Positions 13,049 to 26,340 of a stretch of DNA of 64,000 nt are shown here, piece by piece; position 1 is the stretch's first letter, and the number at the start of each line of letters is the position of its first letter. The stretch spans positions 496,001 to 560,000 of the forward strand of contig NW_026250422.1 of NCBI RefSeq assembly GCF_024521635.1. Reading direction: 5' to 3'. A program made the position numbers and the translations under genes. Source of the DNA: Tricharina praecox. Taxonomy: Eukaryota. Below the pieces are notes generated by a model. That model saw only the letters and a list, made by a program, of their open reading frames with translations. It ran no database searches and was not told where the DNA came from.

Positions 13049-13437
13049 GGATGTGATGGTTATGGTGGTTGTGGTTGTCGCGATGTTGATTGTGATGGTG
13101 ACGAAGTTGGTTGTGATGGCGACGATGCTGATGATGTTGAGGAGGAAGAGGAGGAAGAAGAGGAAGACGTGGTAGAAGGATTGTGGTGGGTTTTGTTGAG
13201 CCGGGAGGTGAAATCAAAGCTTAGTTGTTCCGAGTCTCAACCTTCAACGCCTCGCAGTGGCCATTTGCGCTCACAACTCTCACAACTCTCACGCGTGTGT
13301 CACGCTAGCGCGCAAACGCGCATCACGACAAACTTGGTACTACAGAGCAAGACTCAAAACGCCATTTCATCAAACCTAACAAACAGAACTCAAAATCTTC
13401 TCGCTAGCTCTATCGTTCTACCTTCATCATCACCGCC

Positions 13438-13980
13438 ATGGCTAGCACGATGAAGCTCGCTATTCTAATCCGTTGTACGTTCGTTCTATACAGCATCCTG
13501 GAGATTCTCCGTCGCTGTACGCTCGCCAAAGCTAGTCAGCACTCACACCCCCGCCAGCGAATCTACAACCCCCGCCCAGCTGCTCTCATACCTTCGAGGT
13601 GGAACTGAACGTTCGACTGATAGTTGCTCCACATCTGCGCAACGATCTCGGTGTTCATGTTCTTTGTGTTGATTTCCTAGCACAACCTGCATCAGCTTCG
13701 GCCGGTTCTCCTCATAGGCACAGCGAGCGAGCTCACGTTGAGAACATGGCTCAGCGTCATGACCGCCTCGTTAAGTTTCTCCTGCCACAATGTTATCACC
13801 CCGCAACAAAGCCCCCGCGTTGACTTTCAAAACGTACGACATTCGTTATGATGCGCGAGAGGAGCTGGGCTATGATTTCGCTGTTAGCAGAATTTTCTTA
13901 CGCAGCCAGAGGATACCTACCTTGCTGATGTTCGTGAGGGCTCTCCATACTTCGTAGGTTGTGGTGGATGGGTTGCGTGA
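13438..13980 (+). CDS. Candidate 66-aa microprotein, 3 exons, unknown function
   Basis: ccgccATGG start. Exons 13438-13474, 13681-13769 and 13906-13980 splice in frame (GTACGT..TAG; GTTAAG..CAG). Divergent from ARP5. Confidence 0.45.
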
Positions 13981-15434
13981 AAGAAGGATGGGCGTTAACG
14001 TCGCTTCCGATCGCTTTTCATGCTTCATATGTAACAACCCCACCAACACAATGTTCTTGGTCATGCCCTGTCACTCTCAATATACACATTTATACAACAA
14101 GCGGAAGCTGAATTCGAGGATATATACAACGCTCTACACACGTTTATCAAGAATCTCCCAATAGTTAAAGCCTCTAATAACCGTATGCACGCACCATTGC
14201 GGACACTAAAACTACAAACGCCATGTGTGATCCACTACGTTAGCATTTTCGTGCTCGTCTTCGAGTACATACTACTAGGTATTCTGCGATTCCTCCCATC
14301 ACACCTCAGATTGATGAGGACCTCGTCCTCTTCCTCGGTCCTCTACCTTCACGATGTGCGTTAATACAAAGACATATTCATTCACCGCCTCCACACCGCA
14401 ACGCACTTCCGCACTCTAGCGGAGACAAACCCCCCATGGCAGCATACCCGATGGCAACGTTCGACTTATGGAGGATAACCGTATACATTCTAGTCAGCCA
14501 TGACTATATACCGAGGGCATTCTTGCGGAAGTTGTATTCCGGGCGTGTAAGCGTGTAGTCTAAAGGTAGCTGGTGGTTAGTGGCTGGTGGTATCTCCACT
14601 CCACTACCCTATGCGGCCGGAGAGGCGCCGGAAAATACTGCCTGATACCGACCAGAAAGCGTTGATTCGTTTCGATTATCACAGCGGGAAGGGTCGGTAT
14701 TGTGGAAGACCGGGTTTCGAAAACACCAGCTAGGTCAACGTGATCGTGGGGTCTCTCGTGTCAATTGCATACTTTCAGTTCACGGATGGTCCATGCAATG
14801 CGGCCGATAAATTCGGATATATCGAGGAGGAGGAAAGTACGGCGAAGGGGAGGTATCCGGCTCCATGAGTTCGTACTCGCAGTCTATCGTCGTGATACAT
14901 GACTATTATCATAATAAACGGCTGAAAAGAATAGCTCTAAATGTACATTACGAGTCTTTGTTTCGTATAAAATGTGGTGCCCCAGTGACGATGTGATGGG
15001 TTATGATCCGCTATTCGCTGCATGCACGTGAAAGTACCTTTTCGCAATTCGGTCTTTGACTGATGAATCCCGGACCATATCATCATCTGAATCTATATCT
15101 CGGGGCCGAGATCTTTTGCAGACTTTGCTCTACATCTAGGTATGTATGTGTGCATAATGCCTTCCTACCCAGATACCTATGGGGTATTCTCTGCCATGAA
15201 AAGCAAAGCGAAAACGCCCATCCCAAGGAGGATGCCCGGAAGAGAACCCGTGCCCATGTATGATGTGAGATTTATGTGCCCCACCATGAGCTCCGCAAAG
15301 CCGTTAACGCGTGGGGCACCCAATGCTATATCTATGATCTCAAACGTCACTCATGATTCCCACCACAGAGGAGGTGTCGTGAATCCGAATACACTGCTTC
15401 CTTCGACCTGGTACTCGTAACGTTACAGGAGGAC

Positions 15435-17100
15435 ATGGACGCCAATCAGTTCCGTGCCGCGGCACATGCCGCTATCGATCAAGGTACGCAATGCACCCCG
15501 CCATCGCGGAGACGTCGACCGAAAGCTAACTCGAACGCAAAGTCATCGACTACTACGAGAACATCTCCGACCACCGCGTGGTATCCAATGTTGAGCCCGG
15601 CTGGCTGAACCGAATCATTCCCACGACTATCCCGGAGAACGGAGAGCCGTGGGAGGATATCCAGAAGGATATCACGGAGAAGATTATTCCCGGGTTGACG
15701 CACTGGTACGAGAAGTTCCATTCACTCTACAAGCCGAGAGGTGCTGACTGCTTCGCTACAGGCAGTCTCCCAACTTCCTCGCCTTCTTTCCCGCAAACTC
15801 CACGTACCCCGGAATCCTCGGCGAGGTCTACTCCGCCGCCTTCACATCCGCAAATTTCAACTGGCTTTGCTCCCCCGCCGCCACCGAGCTCGAGACCATA
15901 GTCCTGGACTGGCTCTGCCGGCTCCTAGCACTGCCACCATGCTACCTCTCAACCTCCCCGTCCGGCGGCGGCGGAGTAATCCAAGGTTCCGCCTCGGAGG
16001 CCATCGTGACCGTGATCGTTGCTGCCCGCGACCGGTGTCTCCGCGCTCTCACCGCCAGCACAAACTCTGAAGCCGAGGCGGAGGCGATCCGCGACACGTA
16101 TCGCGGCAAGCTTGTGGCGCTCTGTTCCGACCAATCGCACAGCAGCACGCAGAAAGGCTGCCTAATCGCGGGGACCAAGTACCGCCCGATCACCGTTCCA
16201 CGGCACTCAGGGACGAGCAACTACACACTCACAGCGGCGACACTCCGCGCGGCGCTCGAGGCAGCCGTCGACGACGGCCTAGTGCCTTTCTACACGACCG
16301 TCACGCTGGGCACGACGAGCACCTGCGCAATCGACGACTTCGCGTCGATCGCCTCCATCCGGCAGGACTACCCGCAGCTGTGGATCCACGTGGACGCGGC
16401 GTACGCGGGTGCCGCCCTCGTCTGTCCCGAGTACCAGCCGCTCATCGCCGGCGTTGAGACGTTCGACAGCTTCAATATGAACATGCACAAGTGGCTGTTG
16501 ACGAATTTCGACTGCAGCTGCCTGTTCGTGCGCGAGAGGAAGCATCTGCTCAACGCTCTGAGCATCACCCCGAGTTACCTCAGGAATGAGTTCTCCGAGA
16601 AGGGACTGGTCACCGATTATAGAGACTGGCAGATCCCCCTGGGAAGGAGGTTTAGGGCGCTGAAGGCGTGGTTTGTCATGCGTACGTATGGTGCTGAGGG
16701 CCTCAGGAAGCATATCAGGAACTGTGTGACTGTTGGAACGGGGTTCTATAACAACGTTGAGGGCAGGCTGGATCTGTTTGAGATCTTTACGCCGCCGGCG
16801 TTTGGGCTTACAGTGTTCACGGTTAAGCCTGGGGAGGGTGAGGGTGTTGGCCTGAAGGCAAGAAACGAGATCACGAAAGAGGTGTATGAGGCCGTGAATG
16901 CGGATGGAGAGATCTTCATCACGAGCACGGTCGTTGATGGGACGTATGCTATCCGTGTCGTCAGTGGAAATCCAAAGATAGAGGAGCGACATTTGGCTAG
17001 GGCGTTTGAGATTATTGTCAATAAGACCGAGAAAATCAGGGCAAAGGGGACGCATACGCCGCCGGTTGTCGAGGTAGAGCAGGAGCTTAAGGGCGTGTAA
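15435..17100 (+). CDS. Aromatic-L-amino-acid decarboxylase (group II PLP-dependent decarboxylase), 3 exons
   Basis: MDANQFRAAAHAAID start, PGLTHWQSPNFLAFFPANS, SPAATELE, WIHVDAAYAG, PLP-lysine motif NMHKW, DYRDWQIPLGRRFRALK. Confidence 0.95.
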
Positions 17101-17292
17101 ATGGATGAGCTTGTACGGAAATGATGTTGTGATGGACGATCTACGTTCCCTTCTTCTCGACTGTCGTGCACAAACAGTTCTATTATTATCACCCAGTACA
17201 CTGTACAGTACCAAATGCTATGAAATTCAATCGCTTTCCAACAAACAAACTCCCGATCCCATAACGCCAGCTACAAAGTGCCTCAATCCCCC

Positions 17293-17733
17293 TTACTTCA
17301 GGATCACATTCGCCCCACGCACCTCCAGATACCTCTCCGCGCCGCCGGCGCCCAGATTCCTGAGGACTTGATAGACCTCACCATCGCGAAACCTCAGCTT
17401 CGTCTTGGGGTCTGTATACCTCGACGGTAGTCCAGTAATATCGCACCACTTATTCCCCCTCCTCAGACTGGGCGCACTCTCGATATTCTGGTAGGTGGGC
17501 TGCAGCAGCTTGGTGGTGGGGTTGAGACGGTTCGGGTCGGCATTGGTGGCGTCGCTGAGGATCGCCTTGAGGTTCTTGTTGCGGCGGAGCGGAGCCTTGT
17601 ACGCCGCGTTCTTGAAGCCGCGTGGGTGCGGGGTTATGTCGAGAACCTCCAGGAGCGGGTTGGGCACACTGACGGCCACTGGCGGCTTGTTGACTTTCTT
17701 GGGGGCGGCGGTGGTGGCGGCGGCGCGGGACAT
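17293..17733 (-). CDS. IES6: INO80 complex subunit Ies6 (YL1 C-terminal domain)
   Basis: RRNKNLKAIL, TYQNIESAPSL, KWCDITGLPSRYTDPKTKLRF, YLEVRGANVILK. The likely start is ATG 17733 (MSRAAA). Confidence 0.92.
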   Translation of the reverse strand: MSRAAATTAAPKKVNKPPVAVSVPNPLLEVLDITPHPRGFKNAAYKAPLRRNKNLKAILSDATNADPNRLNPTTKLLQPTYQNIESAPSLRRGNKWCDITGLPSRYTDPKTKLRFRDGEVYQVLRNLGAGGAERYLEVRGANVILK

Positions 17734-18072
17734 GTTGGCTGGAGTCGTGATCGTAGTAGTGGAGGTGTGTGGGCGGGCGCGTGGTTGCGAGTCGGTGAAG
17801 AGAGTTCGTACGGTGGATGTTAAGGTTGAGGTTTGCAGCTGTGACGGGAAACCTGGGAGTTCGCGTCTTGTCCTAGTGGGAGCGCGACTTGCCCACACCA
17901 ATCAGCGTGTCCGAAGATGGCTTACTACCTCCAGCCCCCGTCTCCGTTACCCGGCTCCTTCCGATCCGGCAATTGAATCCTCACTCCTCCGCTGCACCAC
18001 TCATATCCACATTCGCAACCACCACACCACCATCACTCCCGATACTCTCCCCTCCACACCGACACCGACACA

Positions 18073-18374
18073 ATGCCCGTACGCACACCCCGCCCCGCTC
18101 CAAAACGATGCCACCAAACTGACAGAGTAGCAGCTCACAAACACCATCTACAACGCCGTCTTCCGACGCAACCACATCTTCGTGGGCGCAGTGTTCACCG
18201 GCGCATTCGCATTCGAGATGTCCGCCACCCCCCGCACCAGCTCCAACCTCTTCCCCCCTTGCTGACGAGATAATAAAAAGGCTCTTTGACACCACCAGCG
18301 ACAAGATCTGGGACCGCATCAACCGTGGCCGGCAGTGGAAGGACATCCGCCACCGGTACGTCGAGGAGGAGTAG
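18073..18374 (+). CDS. QCR9: Cytochrome b-c1 complex subunit 9 (3 exons; missed by the ORF track)
   Basis: Exons 18073-18078, 18131-18219 and 18281-18374 give MPQLTNTIYNAVFRRNHIFVGAVFTGAFAFEMLFDTTSDKIWDRINRGRQWKDIRHRYVEEE. Confidence 0.93.
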
Positions 18375-19009
18375 ACGTTGGTCTCTGCCAACGACGAATT
18401 GTACTCGATTTGAGGTTTAGCGGGTGCGTGGGGACACGGCGGGACTGCGGTGGACGAAGGATCGCAAAAATAGAGTTGTTATACATATTACCCAACACCC
18501 GACATCTACTCTGCGTCTACACGTACGGTCACGAGCTCATATAGTGTCACTCACCCAGTGCCTGTCTGGTCGTTCTCGTCTCGTGGAAACCCCATATCTT
18601 CTATCCGCCCTGAACCCGTCTGAGAGATTTACAAATTCCAAGCAGCATACAGCAAGAGGCTGTGGCGACGCTGAGAGAGAATGACTTGACTTGACAGATG
18701 GTGAAATGGAATAAATAGACAATGTAAGAAAAGCACAGAAGCGACGAAAGACCAACAAAAAGCACCTGGTAAGTGGTAGAAAAAAATCAAAGACATTATA
18801 ACAAGCAAGCAAGCCATTCCAACCGTCGCGTCGTTCGTGCAAAGACAATAAAAGGCCATTTCTTGTGGAAAAAGACATCCCACAGCATACAGTCCGAACT
18901 CTCTCTCCATCTCTGTAGTTCTCTCTCGCTCTCTCGCTCTCTCCTTGCCCACAACTTCCGCCTCTCCCTGGCAAATCATGTATGCCCCCCACCATCTCTC
19001 TCAAATTCT

Positions 19010-20035
<1,026 letters not shown>

Positions 20036-21436
20036 TTTGTGGGATGGGGGGACGCGTAAGCGAAAGAAGCCGAAGAGTTGATTGTTGGTGAGGACGGACG
20101 GACGGGCGGGATTCAGATGATCGAGTTATGTGAACGGGGGGAGGTGAGGCGACGTCGATAATTGAAAGCAGTTATGGAAGTTTTTTAGGTCGGTTGCGTT
20201 GTTGGTTGGTTGGTGTGTGTTACTGGCGGTGGTGGTTGTTGGTTGAGGCGAAAGAGAGAGATGAGGAAAGGGACTCACTCAACTGACACTGGTTGGGGTC
20301 TTGGAAGTCAAGTGCTGGTGGCAGTTACTTTGCTTCCAGTTGTAGGTAGAGTAGCTGCTTAGCACGCGCACGACAGGTTCAAGGTTAATTGTCCGGTGTC
20401 TGGTCAGCTCTCCATAGCAGGTGCGAGTACGACGTTGGACTATCTTTCTATGTAGATAACTGTCTATAAAACCTATCTCTAACTCCATGGCAGGACGCTT
20501 GAAGCTTACAGACATGGGGAATTGCTGTTGGCGTGGAGCACTCTACCTATCCGTTCTATGTGCACTGGAACAGCGGGATCTTGCCGGAGTGCGACACAAC
20601 AAAGGCTGAGAGTTTATCGCACGGTTTAACGTCACAAGGAGCAGAAGGAGAAGAGATGTGTCCGCGGCTTGCCTACATACCATTCCTAATCTTTGGACGC
20701 CTTGATCCAATCATGAGATAAGCTACCTACCTAGATGCACGTCGATTTGTTTCTTGTCCTCTCAATGTGCGAGCGAATCAGGTGTGGCTGCCGATAGGCC
20801 ACAAGTTCGAGCCCGAGTCGAGTCGCTTCAGCTCATCCGAGAGCGGCCTCCGTCCCGGCTACCGAGTTCGAGGCGGGCAGGTCGTAATCTTTCGTATGAG
20901 AGAGATTTGAGAACACCGCCGGGCTGCCAAGCCACTGGCGGCGGGCGGCGGAGACAGCTTCTCGCGATATATGGCCGCTAGCGCACCCGCGTGGCCGCCG
21001 CCAATAGCATCGACAGATCAAGAATTTGGGGAAACGATGAATTTATTCCTCTGGTTACTGGTTAACGATTCTAAGCTAATCCAACAATGTCGGCCTGCCA
21101 ACACCGGGGCGAGGCTGCCACATGCTGTACCTGTTCTTCGTCTCACCACTGTTATCCCACCAGCCATACAACAATACCCACCATGGTCGATACCAATCCA
21201 CAGCCCAGAGCCTCCCATACCAGAAGCTCCCTTCCCCACCCCCCCTCCCCCCACCTTCCTACGGACCAAGCCCCTCCGCCACAAACGGGAGATGCACACA
21301 GGGTTCCCTCCCTATCCGCCCGTCCTCTTAATTTCGCGTGCACGCTGGTGGTTAAGCGAGACTTGGCGAGCCCGGCGTTCAAATTTCGAGTGGAGAATCA
21401 AGATCCATCCATCGGCACGATATGTATAAATCCTTA

Positions 21437-21746
21437 GGGCCTGTTTGGTTGCTAGCTGCATTTTCAAACCTTGGGTTTCGGACGAGTTGAAGGTTGCCAA
21501 AGCTGCAGCCGCAACTCTCTCATTTCCCCCGAGGACCCGTTCCGCAACCCAGATATTCAACAGCACGCCACACTTTTTGTTTGCATTGTGGCTCAGTCGA
21601 CAATATGCAGTTTCGCAAATTGTCAACTTGAGATGGTGTGCGGAACGCTCACCCATCTCACCCATCGCCGGTAAACTGAGGGGTTTGAAACTGCATCTAA
21701 ATTTTGTGCAGTATATTCAAAATGCAGCTGGCAACCGAACTGGCCC
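21437..21746. mobile_element. 310-bp MITE, Tourist-like (PIF/Harbinger superfamily), non-autonomous
   Basis: 31-bp TIRs at 21437-21467 and 21716-21746 match at 27/31 and start GGGCC(T/A)GTT(T/C)GG. TTA lies directly on both flanks (21434-21436 and 21747-21749). No coding capacity. Confidence 0.8.
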
Positions 21747-22770
21747 TTAAGTCAGGGACTCGGGGCCTTGACGTGACGGAAATAGACTGTTTGACTTCTA
21801 GGTTCGGATGGCTATGTATGTGGGCCAGGCGGGCTTGGGGACCACGGGACGGGCAAAACCTTCGAGAATGCCGAAGGAGTTGGCACGAGTTGCATGGAAT
21901 GTTTAAGGGAGGGCGAATTGAACCGACCGGACGGACTAGTTGCTCCGAACACATATGTACGAAAGGCTCAGGATCACCCCACCAGCGGAATGGACGACCG
22001 GTATAGTACCTGTGCAGTCCCTGAGTTCTTAGTTGGCATTATTCTCGGTGGATTCTTCTCTCCGCGGTGCCGATGGTGACCTTCTCCCCCGGATTAAAGT
22101 AATGCAGGTATCATATAACCAGGACGTCGACTCGAAGCTGTACTTCCTCATGCAAACTCACTCGCGTCGTAGGTAATCCTTGTACTACCACAAAGAGAAA
22201 CAGCAACCTCTATTGTCAACATACCCTAATCTCAGTCCTAGATAGCTCAAAATATGCTTCTTCGCAGATGTGCCTGCCTCTAGAACCCTCGAGCATGGCT
22301 CTAGTCTAAGGGGCGCTACTTATTCGATACATCCCTAGACTATTATAGATGTGCTGGGCCTCGATTGATCACGATCGTAAATAATCCATCTCCAACGTAC
22401 GTCAATCGGTTCCATTCTCACAGACGCGCAACACTCAAGTCTTCAGTTCAACCCGACTATTTCTCAGGATATTATCCGCAATGACCTCGCCCACTGCCGC
22501 TTCCTCTTTCTCTTGTCAGGAACATACAGAGCGAAGCAATATTCCCCAATTTTGAAGAAAAAATAAGCGCGGACCGTTGACGAGTGCTAGCTCATGTTTC
22601 CAGGGTCCACCGGCCGCACAAGAAGCGGAAGACCTGCCAAAGACCTGGCCGGTAAGAAATCATATTCACTGATCTGTAAAGCCATAATTTCTCGTCGCAA
22701 CCAAACATTACACATTCCCATCCAGCGGACGTAGCGAAGAACACAAGATAACAGAACGCCGATCAACCAA

Positions 22771-22790
22771 ACCCCCCCCCCCCCCCCCCA
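22771..22790. repeat. Poly-C tract (poly-G in the IMH1 3' UTR)
   Basis: Homopolymer run visible in the sequence. Confidence 0.8.
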
Positions 22791-22810
22791 GAACCATAGA
22801 ATCAGCCCCA

Positions 22811-25800
22811 TTACTGCACAGCCTGCAACCATTTCCGCTCCTCATTGCCATCAAGCTCCAGCAACATCCTGAGCGTGGGAATCAACTGCACCCGTATGTT
22901 CTTATCTTTTAACTCCATGAACTGTAGTAAAACGTTCTTGAGATACGTCAGGTCCACGCCACCGTTCGGTGCTGCGGCTCGCGGGGACATGGGGCGTGAG
23001 GTCCGGGAATCTATAGATGATCGAGAGACACTGGCGTCGTTGTCGAAGGCCTTGGCGCGTGCAGTCTTGCTCGAGCGGACTTCATCTTGGAGCGCCTGGA
23101 GAATAACCACGTTAGCTATTACTCTGGTAGCAGGAGGGAAAGAAAGGATGGTGTACCCTGAGCTGCTTCTGCACTCTCTCAAACTTAGTCTCAACCTCTT
23201 CGGCCCTGCTTCGTAGCTCCGACTTCTGTCGTTCGATCTCACGTACTTGACCGTCGGTATCATCCAAGGCAGAAGTCATACTAGACATTGCCCTCTTGGT
23301 ATCTTCCAACTCACGGTGTTTCTCTTCCAATGACGCCTGCATTCTCAGCTTGGCATCCTTGAGCCCACCCAGTTCCTTCTCAGCCAGCTCCCGTGCCTCT
23401 TCCGCTCGGCGTAGGCCTCTCTCGGCATCCCTCAGCCGATCCTTCAACTCCTCGATCTCCCTTGCCCGTTTCCGTCCAACTGTCGCGACCTCCTCTTCCG
23501 CCTTATCCCTCTCATCGGAAATCGTATTGATTTGCTCCTTCATCTCCCTAGACCGCACCTCATGCCTCGTCTCAACCTCACTGAGCATGCGTCTCATCGT
23601 CTCCGCCTCACGGGTCCGCTCCGTAAGTAGGCGGCGAGCCTCAGCGAGCTCCTCCTCAGTAGACTCGCGCTGCTCCTGGGCCTCACGCGTTTGCATCGCT
23701 AGCTCACTAGTCTGATCGCGCATGGAGTTCATCAGGCTCTGCGAGCTGTCCAGCTGTGCAACTTTGAGCTCCAGTTCTTCCTTCAGCTCATCTCGTTGTG
23801 CGCGGAGGCCTTTCTGCTCCTTCTCTAGAGCGGCAATCTCCTGTTTGAGCGTAGCCACCTCCTCCTGGGCGCGCGAGAGATCGGCCTTCAGTCGCTCAGC
23901 GACGTCGACGGCACTCTTGCGGTCTGCCTCCACCTTGCGCAAGTCCTTCGAAATCAAGGCAGCCTCCTCTTCAGACTTGAGCCGCCTGGAAGCTTCTTCG
24001 GAACTCTTCTTACGGAGGGAAGAGATCTCATTGTCCTTGTCGGTCATCTTCCTGTTCAAAATCTGAAGATCGTTCTTGAGGTCGCGCTCGGTCCGCTCCA
24101 GACGTTTGAGGTCTACAAGCTGCTTGCTCATGTCGTTCTTGGTCGCTGACAAAGATGCATTTTCGGTCCGCAGAGACGCAAGCTCGGGCTGGGCCTTCTC
24201 GATCACACCCTTGAGTTCGGTGATGTCCTTGAACCGTGTTTCGGCGAGACGCTGTACTGCCGCAAGCTCAGTTTCGAGAGCCGACGCGGACTCCTTAAGT
24301 TTGGCAAAGTCGGTCTCCAGCGTCTTGTATGCCTTGTCGGTCACCGATGATTGCTTCGCCTTTAGCTCGCGGACTTCACCCTCAAGCTTTTCGATGGTGG
24401 TCTCCAACTCTTGCTTTCGCATATTGATGTCGATTAACTCTTTGGACTGCTCTTTGAGTTTTTGCCGTGCAACTACATGGTCTTGGCCAACATCAACAAG
24501 GTCATCACGGAGAGATTCGATCTCCTCCTTTAGTGATTCTGTTTGCCTAGCCTTCGCTGCAAGGGCTGATATCCGAGTATCCTTCTCGGTGAGCTCCTGC
24601 TTCAATTGTTCCAGTTGGCCTTGGAGCTCGGCGATGATGGTTTCTGAGTATGACGTTGTTGGTGTGGCATCGTTCTCGGGCTCGTCGTCAACTGTCTCGC
24701 TCTCCTTTACAGGATGGTCCTCGATCGATGCGGCTGAGATGGCGGGGCCACCCTTCTTCTTCTTCTTGTTCTTCTTTTTCTTACCACCACCTACACCTTC
24801 CGAAGCTGTAGGAGTCGATGGTATGGGCGTGGACGGGCGCTGGGAAGGAGTAGCGGTACCGCTACTATTGGTCTGCTGCAGTTGTCCTTCCAGCTTGACG
24901 ACTGCTCGTTCGAGACCGGTTTTGATAGTTTTCAGTCGCTCAAGTTCTTTGGTCGAAGCATCCAATTTCGTCTTTGCTTCTGTAGACTCGTTCTTGGACT
25001 TGACCAACTGCTCTAGCTGACCTTTGACTGTTTTGCGCAACTGCTCGGACGTCTTGACTTCTACCTCGAGCTTCTTCGATAGGCCATCAAGCTCCTTCTT
25101 GGCTACTTCTAGCGCAGAAGCGTTAATTGCAGCCTCCTTGGATCTGGTGTCGGTAGTTGTTTGGCTTTCGCTGGCTTCTGTGGATAGCCTCTCAAACTCG
25201 CTACTGAGCTTCTCGATTTTGCCGTTGAGCTCCTCGATCTGCTTCGCGGAAACCTTGGCCTTGCTGTGTAGGCTGCCAATCTCGGTATCCTTTGCTTTGC
25301 CGGTTTCCCGGAGACCCTCCAGCTCGCTCTGGGCATCTTCGACGCTCCTCTGCATGATTTCGACTGCTTCCTCGGCAACCTTCTTGGCCTGCTGCGCAGT
25401 CTCGAGCTCGGATCTGAGAGATGTGGTGGTTTTTTCCAATTCCTTGAGCTTGGCTCCTAGGTCGTCGTGCTCCTCATCGAAATTGAAGATATCGTCCGAC
25501 TTCTTGGAGTCCCTCGTTGTCCTCTTCTCCTGGCCCTTCTTGAGCTCCTTCTCCTTATTGTCCAGCTGATCTTGGAACTTCTGCGCCGTGGCCTTGTATT
25601 CGTCCTTCTCTTTTGAGACCCGTATCAACTCCTCCTTCACCATATCCGAGCGCAGCGAAAAGCTATTGATGTAGTCAATGAGCGACCTGGGGTCCGCGAT
25701 GGACTCGACTGGTGTATTCTCGCGCAGCGCTTTCTCGAACGGCTCGATGAGTGAATTGCGCGCGTGCACGATCTTGTAGGACCTCAGCAAGTCTGCCAGG

Positions 25801-26340
25801 AATAAGCCGCCGATGTCAATTGCAACCCCGCGCACCCCGCCCTCCACATGGAATTTTTTACGTACCTGCGTATTTGCCTTCAATCTTCTCAAGCTTCCTA
25901 AGCTTGACTCTGACCTCCGTGGGGAGGTCGGGGTTGGACGCAAGACTGCCAGTACTGGGCGCGGGCTTCGCCAGCGCGGCCGTCTTATTCGGCGCATCCG
26001 TTGCTGTCGCCGGGGGCTTGTCCTTCACGTCTTTCTCCTTCGCCTCGTCCCCACCACCTGCACCTCCCCCCATCGCACCAAGCGGATCGTCCGTCACGGC
26101 CTCGCTCAGCACCGGCGTTCCCGCGCGCACAGGAGTTCCTCCGGCAACAGGTGTAGTAGCGACATCGCTCTCCTCGAATTCCGACGGATCCTTCTCGACT
26201 TCGCCAGGTTTTGGGGCGTTGCGGGCGCGGGAGGAGGAGCGCGATGGACGGCCTGCGGATGGTGATGACGACGTGGCTCGGGCCTTGGCTTGCTCGGCGG
26301 CTATCTGCGAGTCTATTGCTCCTCGTATGCGGGCCAACAT
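22811..26340 (-). CDS. IMH1: GRIP-domain coiled-coil golgin Imh1 (3 exons)
   Basis: N-terminus MLARIRGAIDSQIAAEQ, a long heptad-rich coiled coil, and a C-terminal GRIP domain (DLTYLKNVLLQFME..LIPTLRMLLELDGNEERKW). Confidence 0.88.

Noticed and set aside
13447..13598. Alternative frame [10 protein letters not shown] plus a cassette exon (about 13558-13598) in the small gene
   Set aside because: The frame has an upstream TAG and no ATG, and the cassette donor (GTGGAA) is poor.
15435..17100. Decarboxylase as part of a secondary-metabolite cluster
   Set aside because: Neighbours are housekeeping genes, with no backbone or tailoring enzymes in the window.
23296..25569. Long plus-strand Ser-rich ORFs
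   Set aside because: Antisense shadows of the E/K-rich IMH1 coiled coil.
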